Translations under genes and position numbers: made by a program
Part shown: positions 17,067-25,440 of the stretch, one piece after another
Layout of the letters: every line of letters begins with the position of its first letter
Numbering within the stretch: position 1 is the first letter of the stretch
Origin: Candidatus Dormiibacterota bacterium
GTDB taxonomy: Bacteria > Chloroflexota > Dormibacteria > Dormibacterales > Dormibacteraceae
Direction of reading: 5' to 3'
Length of the DNA: 56,735 nt
Assembly: GCA_035945895.1 (NCBI GenBank)
Contig: DASYZS010000001.1
Coordinates: 1-56,735 of the forward strand
Notes under the pieces: model-generated
The model's database searches: none
The model's input: only the letters and a program-made list of their open reading frames with translations
What the model was told of the DNA's origin: nothing

Positions 17067-17090
17067 GGAGCAATTACGAGCGTCGCTTTG

Positions 17091-17113
17091 GCGGCCGGAT
17101 TCACTCCGGCCGC
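17091..17113. other. perfect 9-bp GC hairpin (GCGGCCGGA-TTCAC-TCCGGCCGC) in the accA-dtd spacer
   Basis: Read directly from the sequence. There is no U-tract on either strand, so it is not a classical terminator. Confidence 0.5.
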
Positions 17114-17180
17114 GACTTTGTCTGATGAGTCTGCCAGTCGTCGCCGGTGGAAGAGATTCAAGGAGAGCAAACCTTATACC

Positions 17181-17250
17181 GGAAGGAGAGCAGCGCCTGC
17201 GGCGACAGCCGCACGCGCGATGAGAGGAAACCATCCGGGTTTCCTCTCAT
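17181..17250. repeat. structured intergenic repeat, copy A
   Basis: Order on the + strand: GGAAGGAGAGCAG (17181-17193), a GC hairpin GCGGC-GACA-GCCGC (17199-17212), ACGCGCG, then a perfect 13-bp hairpin ATGAGAGGAAACC/GGTTTCCTCTCAT (17220-17250). The same architecture recurs at 20607-20694. Confidence 0.75.
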
Positions 17251-17253
17251 ACG

Positions 17254-18078
17254 TCAGTCGATCTTGGGTCCGAAGTGCGGCTCGGCGTGCACGAGTGAGT
17301 CGATGTAACGAAACCGGTCGTAGCGGTGCTGCAGCAAATCCGCGGGCGCCTCTTCGAGAAGCGGCTGCATGTGCCGCCACAACGCTTCGTCCAGCGCGCG
17401 AGCCGCGGCGTCGTAATCCGCGCTGGCGCTCCCGTGCGGCTCAGGGACCACCTCTTCCACCACCCCCATCGCGACGATCTCGCGCGAGGTGAGCTGCAGC
17501 TGTTCCGCGGCCTCGACCTTGCGGGAGTTGTCGCGCCACACGATCGAGGCGGCCGCCTCCGGCGACGCGACCGAGTAGATCGAGTTCTCGAGCATGATCA
17601 CGCGGTCGGCCACGCCCATCCCGAGTGCGCCGCCGCTCCCGCCCTCGCCGATGACCGCGGCGACGATCGGGACTCGAATCGCGAACCACTCCAGGATCGC
17701 GGTCGCGATCGCGGCTGCGATGCCTCGCTCCTCCGCGCCTGCGCCGGGATACGCGCCAGGGGTGTCGATGAGCGAGACGATTGGGAAACCGAACTTCGCC
17801 GCATGGTGCGCGAGGCGCAGCGCTTTGCGGTAACCCTCGGGGTGCATCATGCCCCAGTTCCTGGCGACTCGCTCTTTCAGGCTGCGGCCCTTTTGGTGGC
17901 CGAGAAACATCGTCGTCCTGTCGTGCCAGGTGCCGATCCCACCGACCAGCGCCGGGTCATCCGCGGAGAGCCGGTCGCCGTGGAGCTCGATGAAATCGGG
18001 GGCGAGGCGGCGGACATAGTCGAGGGAGTAGGGCCTGTCCTGGTGCCTGGCGAGCTCGACGATCTCCCAGACGCTCAC
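17254..18078 (-). CDS. accA: acetyl-CoA carboxylase carboxyltransferase alpha subunit
   Basis: Motifs: PIVSLIDTPGAYPG, IGEGGSGGALG. Confidence 0.95.
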   Translation of the reverse strand: MSVWEIVELARHQDRPYSLDYVRRLAPDFIELHGDRLSADDPALVGGIGTWHDRTTMFLGHQKGRSLKERVARNWGMMHPEGYRKALRLAHHAAKFGFPIVSLIDTPGAYPGAGAEERGIAAAIATAILEWFAIRVPIVAAVIGEGGSGGALGMGVADRVIMLENSIYSVASPEAAASIVWRDNSRKVEAAEQLQLTSREIVAMGVVEEVVPEPHGSASADYDAAARALDEALWRHMQPLLEEAPADLLQHRYDRFRYIDSLVHAEPHFGPKID

Positions 18079-18908
18079 GGATAGATCTCCAAGAGGTGTG
18101 CCAGCAGCGGCCGCAGCTCATTGCGCGGCACGACCATGTCGACCTGTCCGTGCGCGAGCTGGAACTCGGCGCTCTGGAAGCCGGGCGGCAGGTCTGCGTA
18201 CGTGGCCTGCTTGATCACGCGCGGCCCGGTGAAGCCGATGGACGCGCCGGGCTCGGCGATGTTGATGTCACCGAGCAGCGCCAGTGAAGCCGCGGTCCCA
18301 CCAAACGTGGGGTCGGTGAGGATCGAGAAATAAGGGACGCCCGCGGCCTGGAGCCTTCCCACCGCCGCGTTGACCTTCGCGAGCTGCATCAGCGCCAGGA
18401 CTCCTTCTTGCATGCGCGCGCCACCGGACGCGGAGACGAGCACGTACGGCACTTTGTTGGCCGCGGCCTGCTCCATTCCGCGCGCCAGGCGCTCGCCCGC
18501 GACGATCGACAGAGTGCCTCCGACGAACCCGAAGTCGAACGTCGCCAGCCATATTTGCCGGCCGGCCAGCGCGCACGTGCCGGTGCGGACCGCTTCGTTC
18601 AGCCCTTCTTCGAGCAGCGTCTGCACCGTTTCTTGGTAGCGCTTCGGCACGGTCCAGTTGAGAAGGTCGTGGGAGCGGACGTCGGTCCAGCGCTCCTGCC
18701 AGGTGCCCTCGTCGGCGATCAGCGGTATCCATACGTCGGCGCCAAGCCGGAAGTGGTGGCCGCAGTTGATGCAGACGTAGTTGTTCTCACGCAGCTGGTC
18801 GCCGGCAAGGCTGATGCCGCAGCCCGGGCAGTTGGTCGGGAGAAGTATCTGCGGCAGCTCGCCGCCCTGGATCGCGACTTCCTCGCGGTGGCGCTCGATG
18901 ATCGCCAT
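18075..18908 (-). CDS. accD: acetyl-CoA carboxylase carboxyltransferase beta subunit
   Basis: N-terminal Zn ribbon CPGCG...CINCGHH, plus SGGARMQEG. 4-nt overlap with accA. Confidence 0.95.
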   Translation of the reverse strand: MAIIERHREEVAIQGGELPQILLPTNCPGCGISLAGDQLRENNYVCINCGHHFRLGADVWIPLIADEGTWQERWTDVRSHDLLNWTVPKRYQETVQTLLEEGLNEAVRTGTCALAGRQIWLATFDFGFVGGTLSIVAGERLARGMEQAAANKVPYVLVSASGGARMQEGVLALMQLAKVNAAVGRLQAAGVPYFSILTDPTFGGTAASLALLGDINIAEPGASIGFTGPRVIKQATYADLPPGFQSAEFQLAHGQVDMVVPRNELRPLLAHLLEIYP

Positions 18909-18910
18909 TG

Positions 18911-19639
18911 CTAGAGGGAAAGACCTCCGTCGACCGCGATCACCTGGCCGGTGATGAATCCGGCCCGCTCAGAGCAGAGAAACGCCACGGTCGCAGCCAC
19001 TTCCTCCGCGGTCGCTTCGCGTTTGATCGGCGTCATCTTCACGAGCTCGCCCACCATCTCATCGGTCAGTGACTTGTTGGTCAGCTCCGTGCGTACGTAG
19101 CCCGGCGCGACAGCGTTGCAGGTGATGTTGCGCGACCCATATTCGCGCGCCACCGACTTGGTGAAGCCAATGAGCCCCGCCTTCGCGGCGGCGTAGTTGG
19201 TCTGCCCCGCATTCCCGGTCAATCCCACGATCGACGAGATGTTCACGATGCGGCCCCAGCGCGCGCGCATCATTCCAGACATGATGGCAGCCTTCGTCGT
19301 GGCGAAGGCGGACAGCAGGTCTGTGCGGATCAGCTCCTCCCAATCGGGCGGCGACATCTGGATCAGCAGCTTGTCGCGCACGGCGCCGGCGTTGTTGACG
19401 AGGACGTCGACACGACCGATCGCCTTGACCATCGCCTCGACCTGGACGGGGTCACTTACGTCGGCCTGGAACGCCGTCCCACTCCCCAGCGACGACGCGG
19501 TCTCTTCCGCCGCGGTCTTGTCGGAGCGGTAGTTCACGACGACGCGAGCGCCCATCCCCGCCAGTGCCTGACTGACGGCTCGGCCGATGCCTTTGCCGCC
19601 CCCTGTGACGAGAGCGGTCTTTCCGTCCAGGTCACCCAT
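18911..19639 (-). CDS. fabG: 3-oxoacyl-ACP reductase (SDR)
   Basis: TGGGKGIGR, NNAG and YAAAKAG motifs. Operon context. Confidence 0.9.
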   Translation of the reverse strand: MGDLDGKTALVTGGGKGIGRAVSQALAGMGARVVVNYRSDKTAAEETASSLGSGTAFQADVSDPVQVEAMVKAIGRVDVLVNNAGAVRDKLLIQMSPPDWEELIRTDLLSAFATTKAAIMSGMMRARWGRIVNISSIVGLTGNAGQTNYAAAKAGLIGFTKSVAREYGSRNITCNAVAPGYVRTELTNKSLTDEMVGELVKMTPIKREATAEEVAATVAFLCSERAGFITGQVIAVDGGLSL

Positions 19640-19642
19640 GGG

Positions 19643-20596
19643 CTAAGTGGTTGCAGGTCCCGCGAAATCTACGAACAGCTCCTCCGCGTTCCACGTGTCC
19701 ACGCCGGGGATGTGCTTGGCGGCCAGGCTCGCGAGAACCCGACCAGGCCCGAGCTCGACGACGGTCCGGACCTTCATCGCGCGCATCGAGACCATCGTTC
19801 GCGCCCAGTCCACCTGGCGCAGCATCTGCAGGCGCAGCTCCTCCTGGAGCGCGGCCGCGGTGCGCAGGGCCTCGCCCGATGCATTTGCCAGGACGGGTAT
19901 CGAGGGCGGCTTCAGCGGGAGCAGGTCGACGGCCTTGCGAAACGCCGAGGCGGCGGCCTCCATCAGCGGCGTATGCGCCGCCAGGGGGATGGTGAGGATC
20001 AGCGCGCGACGCGCTCCGGCCGCGTTGGCGAGCGTCTCGGCCTGCCGCACCGCCGGCATCTCGCCCGAGAGAACGAACTGCGCGTCGGCGTTGCGGTTGG
20101 CGATCCACAGGTTGCCGAGCTCCGACGCTTGCTGCCGGATGCGTTCGACCTCGGGCTCGGCCAGCCCCACGATCGCGATCATCCCCACGTGCGTGCCCGC
20201 GGCCTGGGCCATGACCCGGCCACGCTCCTTGACCAACAGCAGCGCCGTCTCCCACGGGATGGACCCCGCGGCGGCGAGCGAAGCGATCTCACCCAGGCTG
20301 TGGCCTGCCGTGACGCTCACGTTTTCGAGGCCATAGCTCTCGCGCCACACCTCGTATGCCGCCCAGCACACCGTCATTACGCACGGCTGGATGACGTCGG
20401 TGCGATTGAGCTCCTCGACCGGTCCCTCGAAGCAGAGCTTGCGCACGGGCATCTCGAGAAGCTCTTCCGCGCGCATGAACGCCCGCTGCGCGGCTGGATA
20501 GCGCTCGTAGAGGTTCTTGCCCATGCCGGGCTTCTGCACACCCTGGCCGGGGAAGAGCAGCGCGATGGGAGCGGAGAGCTTGATCACCAGACCCAA
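19643..20596 (-). CDS. fabD: malonyl-CoA:ACP transacylase
   Basis: LFPGQGVQ and GHSLGE motifs. The start may be the GTG at 20587 rather than the TTG at 20596. Confidence 0.9.
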   Translation of the reverse strand: MGLVIKLSAPIALLFPGQGVQKPGMGKNLYERYPAAQRAFMRAEELLEMPVRKLCFEGPVEELNRTDVIQPCVMTVCWAAYEVWRESYGLENVSVTAGHSLGEIASLAAAGSIPWETALLLVKERGRVMAQAAGTHVGMIAIVGLAEPEVERIRQQASELGNLWIANRNADAQFVLSGEMPAVRQAETLANAAGARRALILTIPLAAHTPLMEAAASAFRKAVDLLPLKPPSIPVLANASGEALRTAAALQEELRLQMLRQVDWARTMVSMRAMKVRTVVELGPGRVLASLAAKHIPGVDTWNAEELFVDFAGPATT

Positions 20597-20606
20597 CCGC
20601 CTGAAG

Positions 20607-20694
20607 GGAAGGAGAGCAGGAGCGCTTGCCCGGCCGCAGGCCGGGTCGGCTTTGCCGACGCGCCGATGAGAGGAAACCGTAGGTTGCCTCTCAT
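20607..20694. repeat. structured intergenic repeat, copy B
   Basis: Order on the + strand: GGAAGGAGAGCAG (20607-20619), hairpins CCCGGCC-GCA-GGCCGGG (20629-20645) and GTCGGC-TTT-GCCGAC (20645-20659), ACGCGCCG, then a 13-bp hairpin ATGAGAGGAAACC/GGTTGCCTCTCAT with one mismatch (20666-20694). Confidence 0.75.
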
Positions 20695-20713
20695 AACTAC
20701 CAGGTCATTCGCA

Positions 20714-21751
20714 TCAGGCCCATCTCATGAGGGTTGCGCCCCATGTGAGGCCTGACCCAAACCCAGCCAGAAGAACGTGGTCGCCGCTCTTGACGCGACC
20801 CTTGCGCACCGCTTCGTCCAGCGCGATCGGGATCGATGCGCTCGAGGTGTTGCCGTACTCGTCGATGTTGATGGCCACCCGCTCGATCGGCAGGCCGATG
20901 CGACGAGCCGCCGCGTCGATGATGCGGAAGTTGGCCTGGTGCGGCACCCACAGGTCGATCTCGTCCAGCGAGACCCCCGCGGTCTGGCACACCTCCGTGG
21001 CCTGGCGGATGAAGATGTCGACCGCGAACTTGAAGACGTCGGGGCCGACCATCTCGATGAACGGCGTGGCGTCCTTGGCCGCGTACGCCCCCTTCTCGAT
21101 GTTGCCGCACGTGACCTGGGCGTAGCCGCGGCCGTCAGAGCCAAGACACCAGCTGAGGAATCCCGCGCCCTCCGCAGCCGGCCTTACCACGGCGGCTCCC
21201 GCGCCGTCACCGAAAATGACCGCCGTCCCGCGGTCGGAGTAGTCGAGCATTCGCGACAGCACCTCGGCGCCGATCACAAGGACGTTGTCCGCGCGCTCGG
21301 TGGCGATGTACGAGTCCGCGATGGAAAGCGCGTAGACAAAGCTCGAGCAGGCCGCGAGCGTATCCCACGCCACCGCGCCCGGCGCGTCGAGCTCGTTCTG
21401 CACGCGGCACGCGACGGATGGAAACGGTCCGTCGGGCGAAGAGGTGCCGACCAGGATCATGTCCAGGTCTTTGGCGTCGAGCTCCGCCGCCTCGAGCGCC
21501 GAGCGCGCGGCTTTGGTGGCGAGCTCGAACGTCGTCGTTCCCGGTTCGGCGATGTGGCGGCGCTGGATGCCCGTGCGCTCGGTGATCCACTTGTCCGAGG
21601 TGTCCATCATCTTCTCGAGGTCGAAGTTGGTCAGGATCTTCTCCGGCGCATACACGCCGACGCCGGCGATCGCGCTGGGGCGGCCCTTGGCCTGGAACGA
21701 ACGAAGAGGCACTGCGTCGGAGCGGGTGCGGTAGTTGGTCGTGATTGCCAT
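20714..21751 (-). CDS. fabH: 3-oxoacyl-ACP synthase III
   Basis: Start at the internal ATG 21751 (MAITTNYR...), with GGAGG inside the acpP 3' end. Active-site context LAACSSFVYAL. C-terminal GFGSGLTWGA. Confidence 0.9.
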   Translation of the reverse strand: MAITTNYRTRSDAVPLRSFQAKGRPSAIAGVGVYAPEKILTNFDLEKMMDTSDKWITERTGIQRRHIAEPGTTTFELATKAARSALEAAELDAKDLDMILVGTSSPDGPFPSVACRVQNELDAPGAVAWDTLAACSSFVYALSIADSYIATERADNVLVIGAEVLSRMLDYSDRGTAVIFGDGAGAAVVRPAAEGAGFLSWCLGSDGRGYAQVTCGNIEKGAYAAKDATPFIEMVGPDVFKFAVDIFIRQATEVCQTAGVSLDEIDLWVPHQANFRIIDAAARRIGLPIERVAINIDEYGNTSSASIPIALDEAVRKGRVKSGDHVLLAGFGSGLTWGATLMRWA

Positions 21752-21756
21752 CGGCT

Positions 21757-22014
21757 CTACGCCTCCAGCCGCTCGGCGGTCTTTTGCTCCAGGAACTTCC
21801 ACAGGTCGGCGATGACTTTCATATTCTCGAGCTCCTCGTCTGGCAGCTCGACGTCGTACTTGTCCTCGATCGCCGCGATCAGCTCGACGAGGTCGAGCGA
21901 GTCTGCGGCAAGGTCGCGCTGAAAGCTCTTGTCCATCTGGACCTGGTCGGGCTCGATGCCGAGGATCTCGGCCGCAAGCTCCTGTAGCTCGCGGAAATCA
22001 AGCTGGCTTGGCAT
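21757..22014 (-). CDS. acpP: acyl carrier protein
   Basis: 85 aa, with the phosphopantetheine site LAADSLDLVEL. Confidence 0.9.
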   Translation of the reverse strand: MPSQLDFRELQELAAEILGIEPDQVQMDKSFQRDLAADSLDLVELIAAIEDKYDVELPDEELENMKVIADLWKFLEQKTAERLEA

Positions 22015-22024
22015 TGCTTCCTCC

Positions 22025-23278
22025 CTACTCCCCTTTCTTGATCACGAGAGTGGCGTTGTGTCCACCGAATCCGAATGAGTTGGACAGGGCGACGTCGACG
22101 TCTGCCTTGCGCGCCTTGTTGGGCACGTAGTCGAGGTCGCACTCCGGGTCTGGGTCGTCGAGATTGATGGTCGGCGGAAGCAGGCCGCGATCCAGCGCGA
22201 GCACGCACGCGGCGGCTTCGATGGCGCCTGCTGCACCCAGCAGGTGGCCATGCACCGACTTGGTCGAGCTAACCGCCAGCTCGTGGGCGTGGTCGCCGAA
22301 GACGGTCTTGATCGCCTTTGTCTCGGCGACGTCGCCGAGCTTGGTCGACGTCCCGTGGGCGTTGATGTAGCCGATCGTCTTGGGATCGACGCCGCTGGAG
22401 GCGATGGCCTGCTTCATAGCCCGGGCCGCGCCCTTGCCCTCCGGCTGCGGAGCGGTAAAGTGGTACATGTCGGCGCTTGCGCCGTAGCCCGCGATTTCCG
22501 CGTAGACCCTGGCGCCGCGCTGCTTGGCGTGGTCCATGTCCTCGAGCACGAACATGACCGAGCCCTCACCCATGACGAACCCGTCGCGGCCGAGGTCGAA
22601 TGGCCGGCACGCCTTCTCCGGCTCGTCGTTGCGCTCGCTCGTGGCCTTGATCTGGCAGAACGCACCCATCGTCAGCGGGGTGATGGTCGCCTCCGACCCA
22701 CCCGCCAGCATCGCCACCGCGTCGCCGCGCTTGATGATCTCCGATGCCTCGCCGATGCCGTGGGCGCTCGAGGCGCACGCGCTGACGATCGCGTAGTTCG
22801 GGCCCCCGGCATGCGTGTGGATGGCGACGATTCCGGCCGCCATGTCCGCAATCATCATCGGCACCGTGAACGGGCTGATGCGCTTCGGCCCCCGCTCCAT
22901 CAGCGCGGTGTGGCTCTTCTCGATCTCTTCCATGCCGCCGATGCCGGAGCTGACAATGACGCCGACGTCGTCCGGGTTCATCTCCGCCGGGTCGAGGTTG
23001 GCGTGCGCAAGCGCCTGTTTCGAAGCGGCCAGCGCGAACTGGCAGTAGCGACCGATGTGGCGGGCCGTCTTGCGGTCCATGTAGTCCTCGGGGTTGAACG
23101 TCTTCACCTCGGCCGCGATCTTGGTGTCGAAGTTCGTCGTGTCGAAACGGGTGATCCGGCCCACGCCAGACACGCCTTCGATCATGTTCGACCAGACGGT
23201 TTCGAGGTCGTTGCCGATCGGCGTGATGAAGCCCATGCCGGTGACGGCCACGCGGCGGCCGTTGTGATTGGATGCCAT
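22025..23278 (-). CDS. fabF: 3-oxoacyl-ACP synthase II
   Basis: RRVAVTGMG, active-site SACASS, NAHGTST, and GFGGHN at the C-terminus. I take the start as ATG 23278 (MASNHNGRRV). Confidence 0.9.
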   Translation of the reverse strand: MASNHNGRRVAVTGMGFITPIGNDLETVWSNMIEGVSGVGRITRFDTTNFDTKIAAEVKTFNPEDYMDRKTARHIGRYCQFALAASKQALAHANLDPAEMNPDDVGVIVSSGIGGMEEIEKSHTALMERGPKRISPFTVPMMIADMAAGIVAIHTHAGGPNYAIVSACASSAHGIGEASEIIKRGDAVAMLAGGSEATITPLTMGAFCQIKATSERNDEPEKACRPFDLGRDGFVMGEGSVMFVLEDMDHAKQRGARVYAEIAGYGASADMYHFTAPQPEGKGAARAMKQAIASSGVDPKTIGYINAHGTSTKLGDVAETKAIKTVFGDHAHELAVSSTKSVHGHLLGAAGAIEAAACVLALDRGLLPPTINLDDPDPECDLDYVPNKARKADVDVALSNSFGFGGHNATLVIKKGE

Positions 23279-23344
23279 CCATCCAGCATAAGGACGCAAG
23301 GGCCAATCGGCAGCCGCGCGAGGTAGTAAAAGGACGGCCGGTCT

Positions 23345-23361
23345 TTGGACCCGATGTCCAA
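23345..23361. promoter_or_regulatory. palindrome TTGGAC-ccgat-GTCCAA between the regulator stop and fabF
   Basis: Perfect 6+6 inverted repeat in the 91-bp spacer upstream of fabF (minus sense). It could be an operator or a weak terminator stem. Confidence 0.35.
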
Positions 23362-23369
23362 GTCCGAAG

Positions 23370-24650
23370 CTAGAGCAGCTTTTGCAGGTCCAGGGCCAGC
23401 TGCAGGCGAAGGCGGGTCGACGGCACGTCGAGGTCTCCGCCGAGCAGCTCCTTGAGCTTGTCCAGGCGATACAGCACGGTGTGGCGGTGCAGCCCCAGCG
23501 CCGACGCGGCGTCCTTGACCGATCCCCTGGCCAGGTAGGCCTCCAGGGTCTCCATCAGCTGGGCGCGGTTGCGCAGTTTGGAGTCGAGCAGCCGGCCGAG
23601 GGTGTGAGCGACGAACCGCTCGGCCAGGCGAGGATTCTGGGCAAGCACGAGATGGGGGATGACCTCATCGTGTCCGTGCGCGATGGCGTCGGGCCGCAGC
23701 TTGCGTCCGGCTTCGAGTGCCTGCTGGGCTTCCAGGAAAGACCGCGAGATCCCGTGGAGGCCGGGATGGTGTCCGCCGATGCCTGCCCGCACTCGCGCGC
23801 GGACGCCTCCGGAACGCTCGGCGGCTTCGTCCTGAAGCTGCGTGACGAACTGCCGGGCGGGCTCGAGGTCGGATATCTGGTCGACCGGCCAGAGCACGAC
23901 CAGGGTTCCAGGGTCGGTCGCGTGCATCAGGATGCCGCGCGGTGTCTTGAGGGCGGCCGCGACCTCGGCCAGCGCCTGACCCCCGCGTTCGCCGTCGCGG
24001 TTTCCAAGCACGAGCTTGCACACGATGGCGACGTAGCCCGCGGCAGCAAGCGGCGTGTTGAGCGCCAGCGCCTGACGCTGGAGCTCGAGCTCCGAATCGA
24101 AGTTGTCGCTGATCAGCGCGTGGAACAGGCGAGCCTGGGCTCGCGTGCCGCGCTGCATGTGCTGCTCGCGGGCGTGGAGGTAAGTCTTGGTCACCTCGGC
24201 CGCGACCTGGTCGAGCGCCGCGAACACGTAGTTGGCGACCAGCATGATGGCCTCCGGCGTGGCCTCGGGATGGCCGCGCCAGGCTCGCAGGATTTCGTCC
24301 CAGGCGACGCGGGCGGCGATGCGATAGGCGGTCAGGATGGGCTCGACGGACTGACTGCTCCGCGCCTGGAGAATGCCCAGCTGCGCGACACGCCGCAGCT
24401 CCTCCTGGGTTGCGGGCCGGGACTCACGCGCCGTGGCCAGGAACAGGTCGAGCCCGGCCGCGCACGCGCGGACGATGGCGTCCCGCTGCGGCGGAACGCC
24501 GGTGGAGGCGTCCCACCGGACAAGCGTCACGATCGCCCGCGCCATGTGCCGCGCCATCCCGGCGTGCCGGCGCTCGAGCTCGTCGATCAAGCCCTGGGGC
24601 AGGCGAGGTGCCGCGCGGCCGGGTTTGGACCTCGAGGCCAGCTTGGCCAC
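23370..24650 (-). CDS. PucR-family transcriptional regulator (position equivalent to MabR/FasR upstream of fab genes)
   Basis: C-terminal PucR HTH: GSVKDAASALGLHRHTVLYRLDKLKELLG. The start is uncertain. GTG 24650 lies 7 nt after the hydrolase stop, and ATG 24557 is an alternative. The track start at 24770 overlaps the upstream gene. Confidence 0.8.
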   Translation of the reverse strand: MAKLASRSKPGRAAPRLPQGLIDELERRHAGMARHMARAIVTLVRWDASTGVPPQRDAIVRACAAGLDLFLATARESRPATQEELRRVAQLGILQARSSQSVEPILTAYRIAARVAWDEILRAWRGHPEATPEAIMLVANYVFAALDQVAAEVTKTYLHAREQHMQRGTRAQARLFHALISDNFDSELELQRQALALNTPLAAAGYVAIVCKLVLGNRDGERGGQALAEVAAALKTPRGILMHATDPGTLVVLWPVDQISDLEPARQFVTQLQDEAAERSGGVRARVRAGIGGHHPGLHGISRSFLEAQQALEAGRKLRPDAIAHGHDEVIPHLVLAQNPRLAERFVAHTLGRLLDSKLRNRAQLMETLEAYLARGSVKDAASALGLHRHTVLYRLDKLKELLGGDLDVPSTRLRLQLALDLQKLL

Positions 24651-24657
24651 GAGGCGA

Positions 24658-25410
24658 CTATACGGCGGTGCGGCTGTGCTTATCCACGAAGTCCAGGATG
24701 TGGCGCCAGGCTCTGTCGGACGCGTCGTGCCATTGCTCGTACGTGCGGTCGAAGAAGCTGTGGGGTGCACCTTCGAATATCTCGGACTCGTGAGGCACGT
24801 GCGTCTTGTCCAGCTCGCGCAGGAATTCCTGGTTCTGCTCCGGGGTCGTCGCGCCGTCCGCGCCGGCGATCAAGACGAGCAGCGGCGCCTTCATCCGAGA
24901 GATGAACGCCTCGGCTCGCATGGGACGTCCGTAGAAACCGATGCATCCGCTCAAGCCTGGGTTCGTGGCCGATTGGATCCACGAGTTTGATCCGCCAAAG
25001 CAGAAGCCGACCGTAAAGACCGACTTCACCGCCCCGCCATCCTTGGACTTCAAATAGTCGATAGCCGCCGCCGTGTCCGCGGAGATCGCCTCGGGCGTCG
25101 TCTGCTGCACGTGGGGCATGTACTCGAAGTCATCGCCGCGGTCGCTCATGCCGGCGGTGCGCGCGAAGTAGTCGGTCGCGACCGCGTCGATACCGGCTTC
25201 GGCAAAACGTTGCGCGAGCTCCTTGTAGAAGCGATGCAAGCCGCGCACATCCGGCAGGACGACCATGCCCGCACCGGTGGGCTCGGCCGCGCGTGCGAAG
25301 TACGCCGCGAACCTGGTTCCGTCGGATGCCTCGAGGACCAGGTCGCCCTGGTCGGCGGCGGCGCCGCTGATCGGTGGCAATGGTGGCCGTGCGTCGTCCC
25401 CAAAACACAT
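24658..25410 (-). CDS. dienelactone hydrolase-family alpha/beta hydrolase
   Basis: 250 aa, with the nucleophile-elbow context GFCFGG typical of DLH. Confidence 0.8.
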   Translation of the reverse strand: MCFGDDARPPLPPISGAAADQGDLVLEASDGTRFAAYFARAAEPTGAGMVVLPDVRGLHRFYKELAQRFAEAGIDAVATDYFARTAGMSDRGDDFEYMPHVQQTTPEAISADTAAAIDYLKSKDGGAVKSVFTVGFCFGGSNSWIQSATNPGLSGCIGFYGRPMRAEAFISRMKAPLLVLIAGADGATTPEQNQEFLRELDKTHVPHESEIFEGAPHSFFDRTYEQWHDASDRAWRHILDFVDKHSRTAV

Positions 25411-25440
25411 AGTTCGTTCTCCCTTTAGGCTTGGAGTGCG

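Noticed and set aside
17067-17234. 56-aa N-terminal extension of dtd starting at the ATG in the loop of the repeat hairpin
   Set aside because: The extension (MVSSHRACGCRRRRCSPSG...) is Arg/Cys-rich with no homology, and Dtd proteins begin MR(V/I)V(A/L)QRV. The second copy of the repeat has no equivalent ATG, so the in-frame ATG is probably incidental.
17220-17252. Mini-ORFs starting MRGN... on the + strand at both repeat copies
   Set aside because: The shared residues are dictated by the conserved stem. The peptides diverge immediately afterwards and run antisense into accA and fabH.
19712-20755. 347-aa + strand ORF and several other 100-230-aa ORFs across fabD/fabH
   Set aside because: These are shadows of the fab genes. 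They have no motifs and are Arg/Pro-rich.
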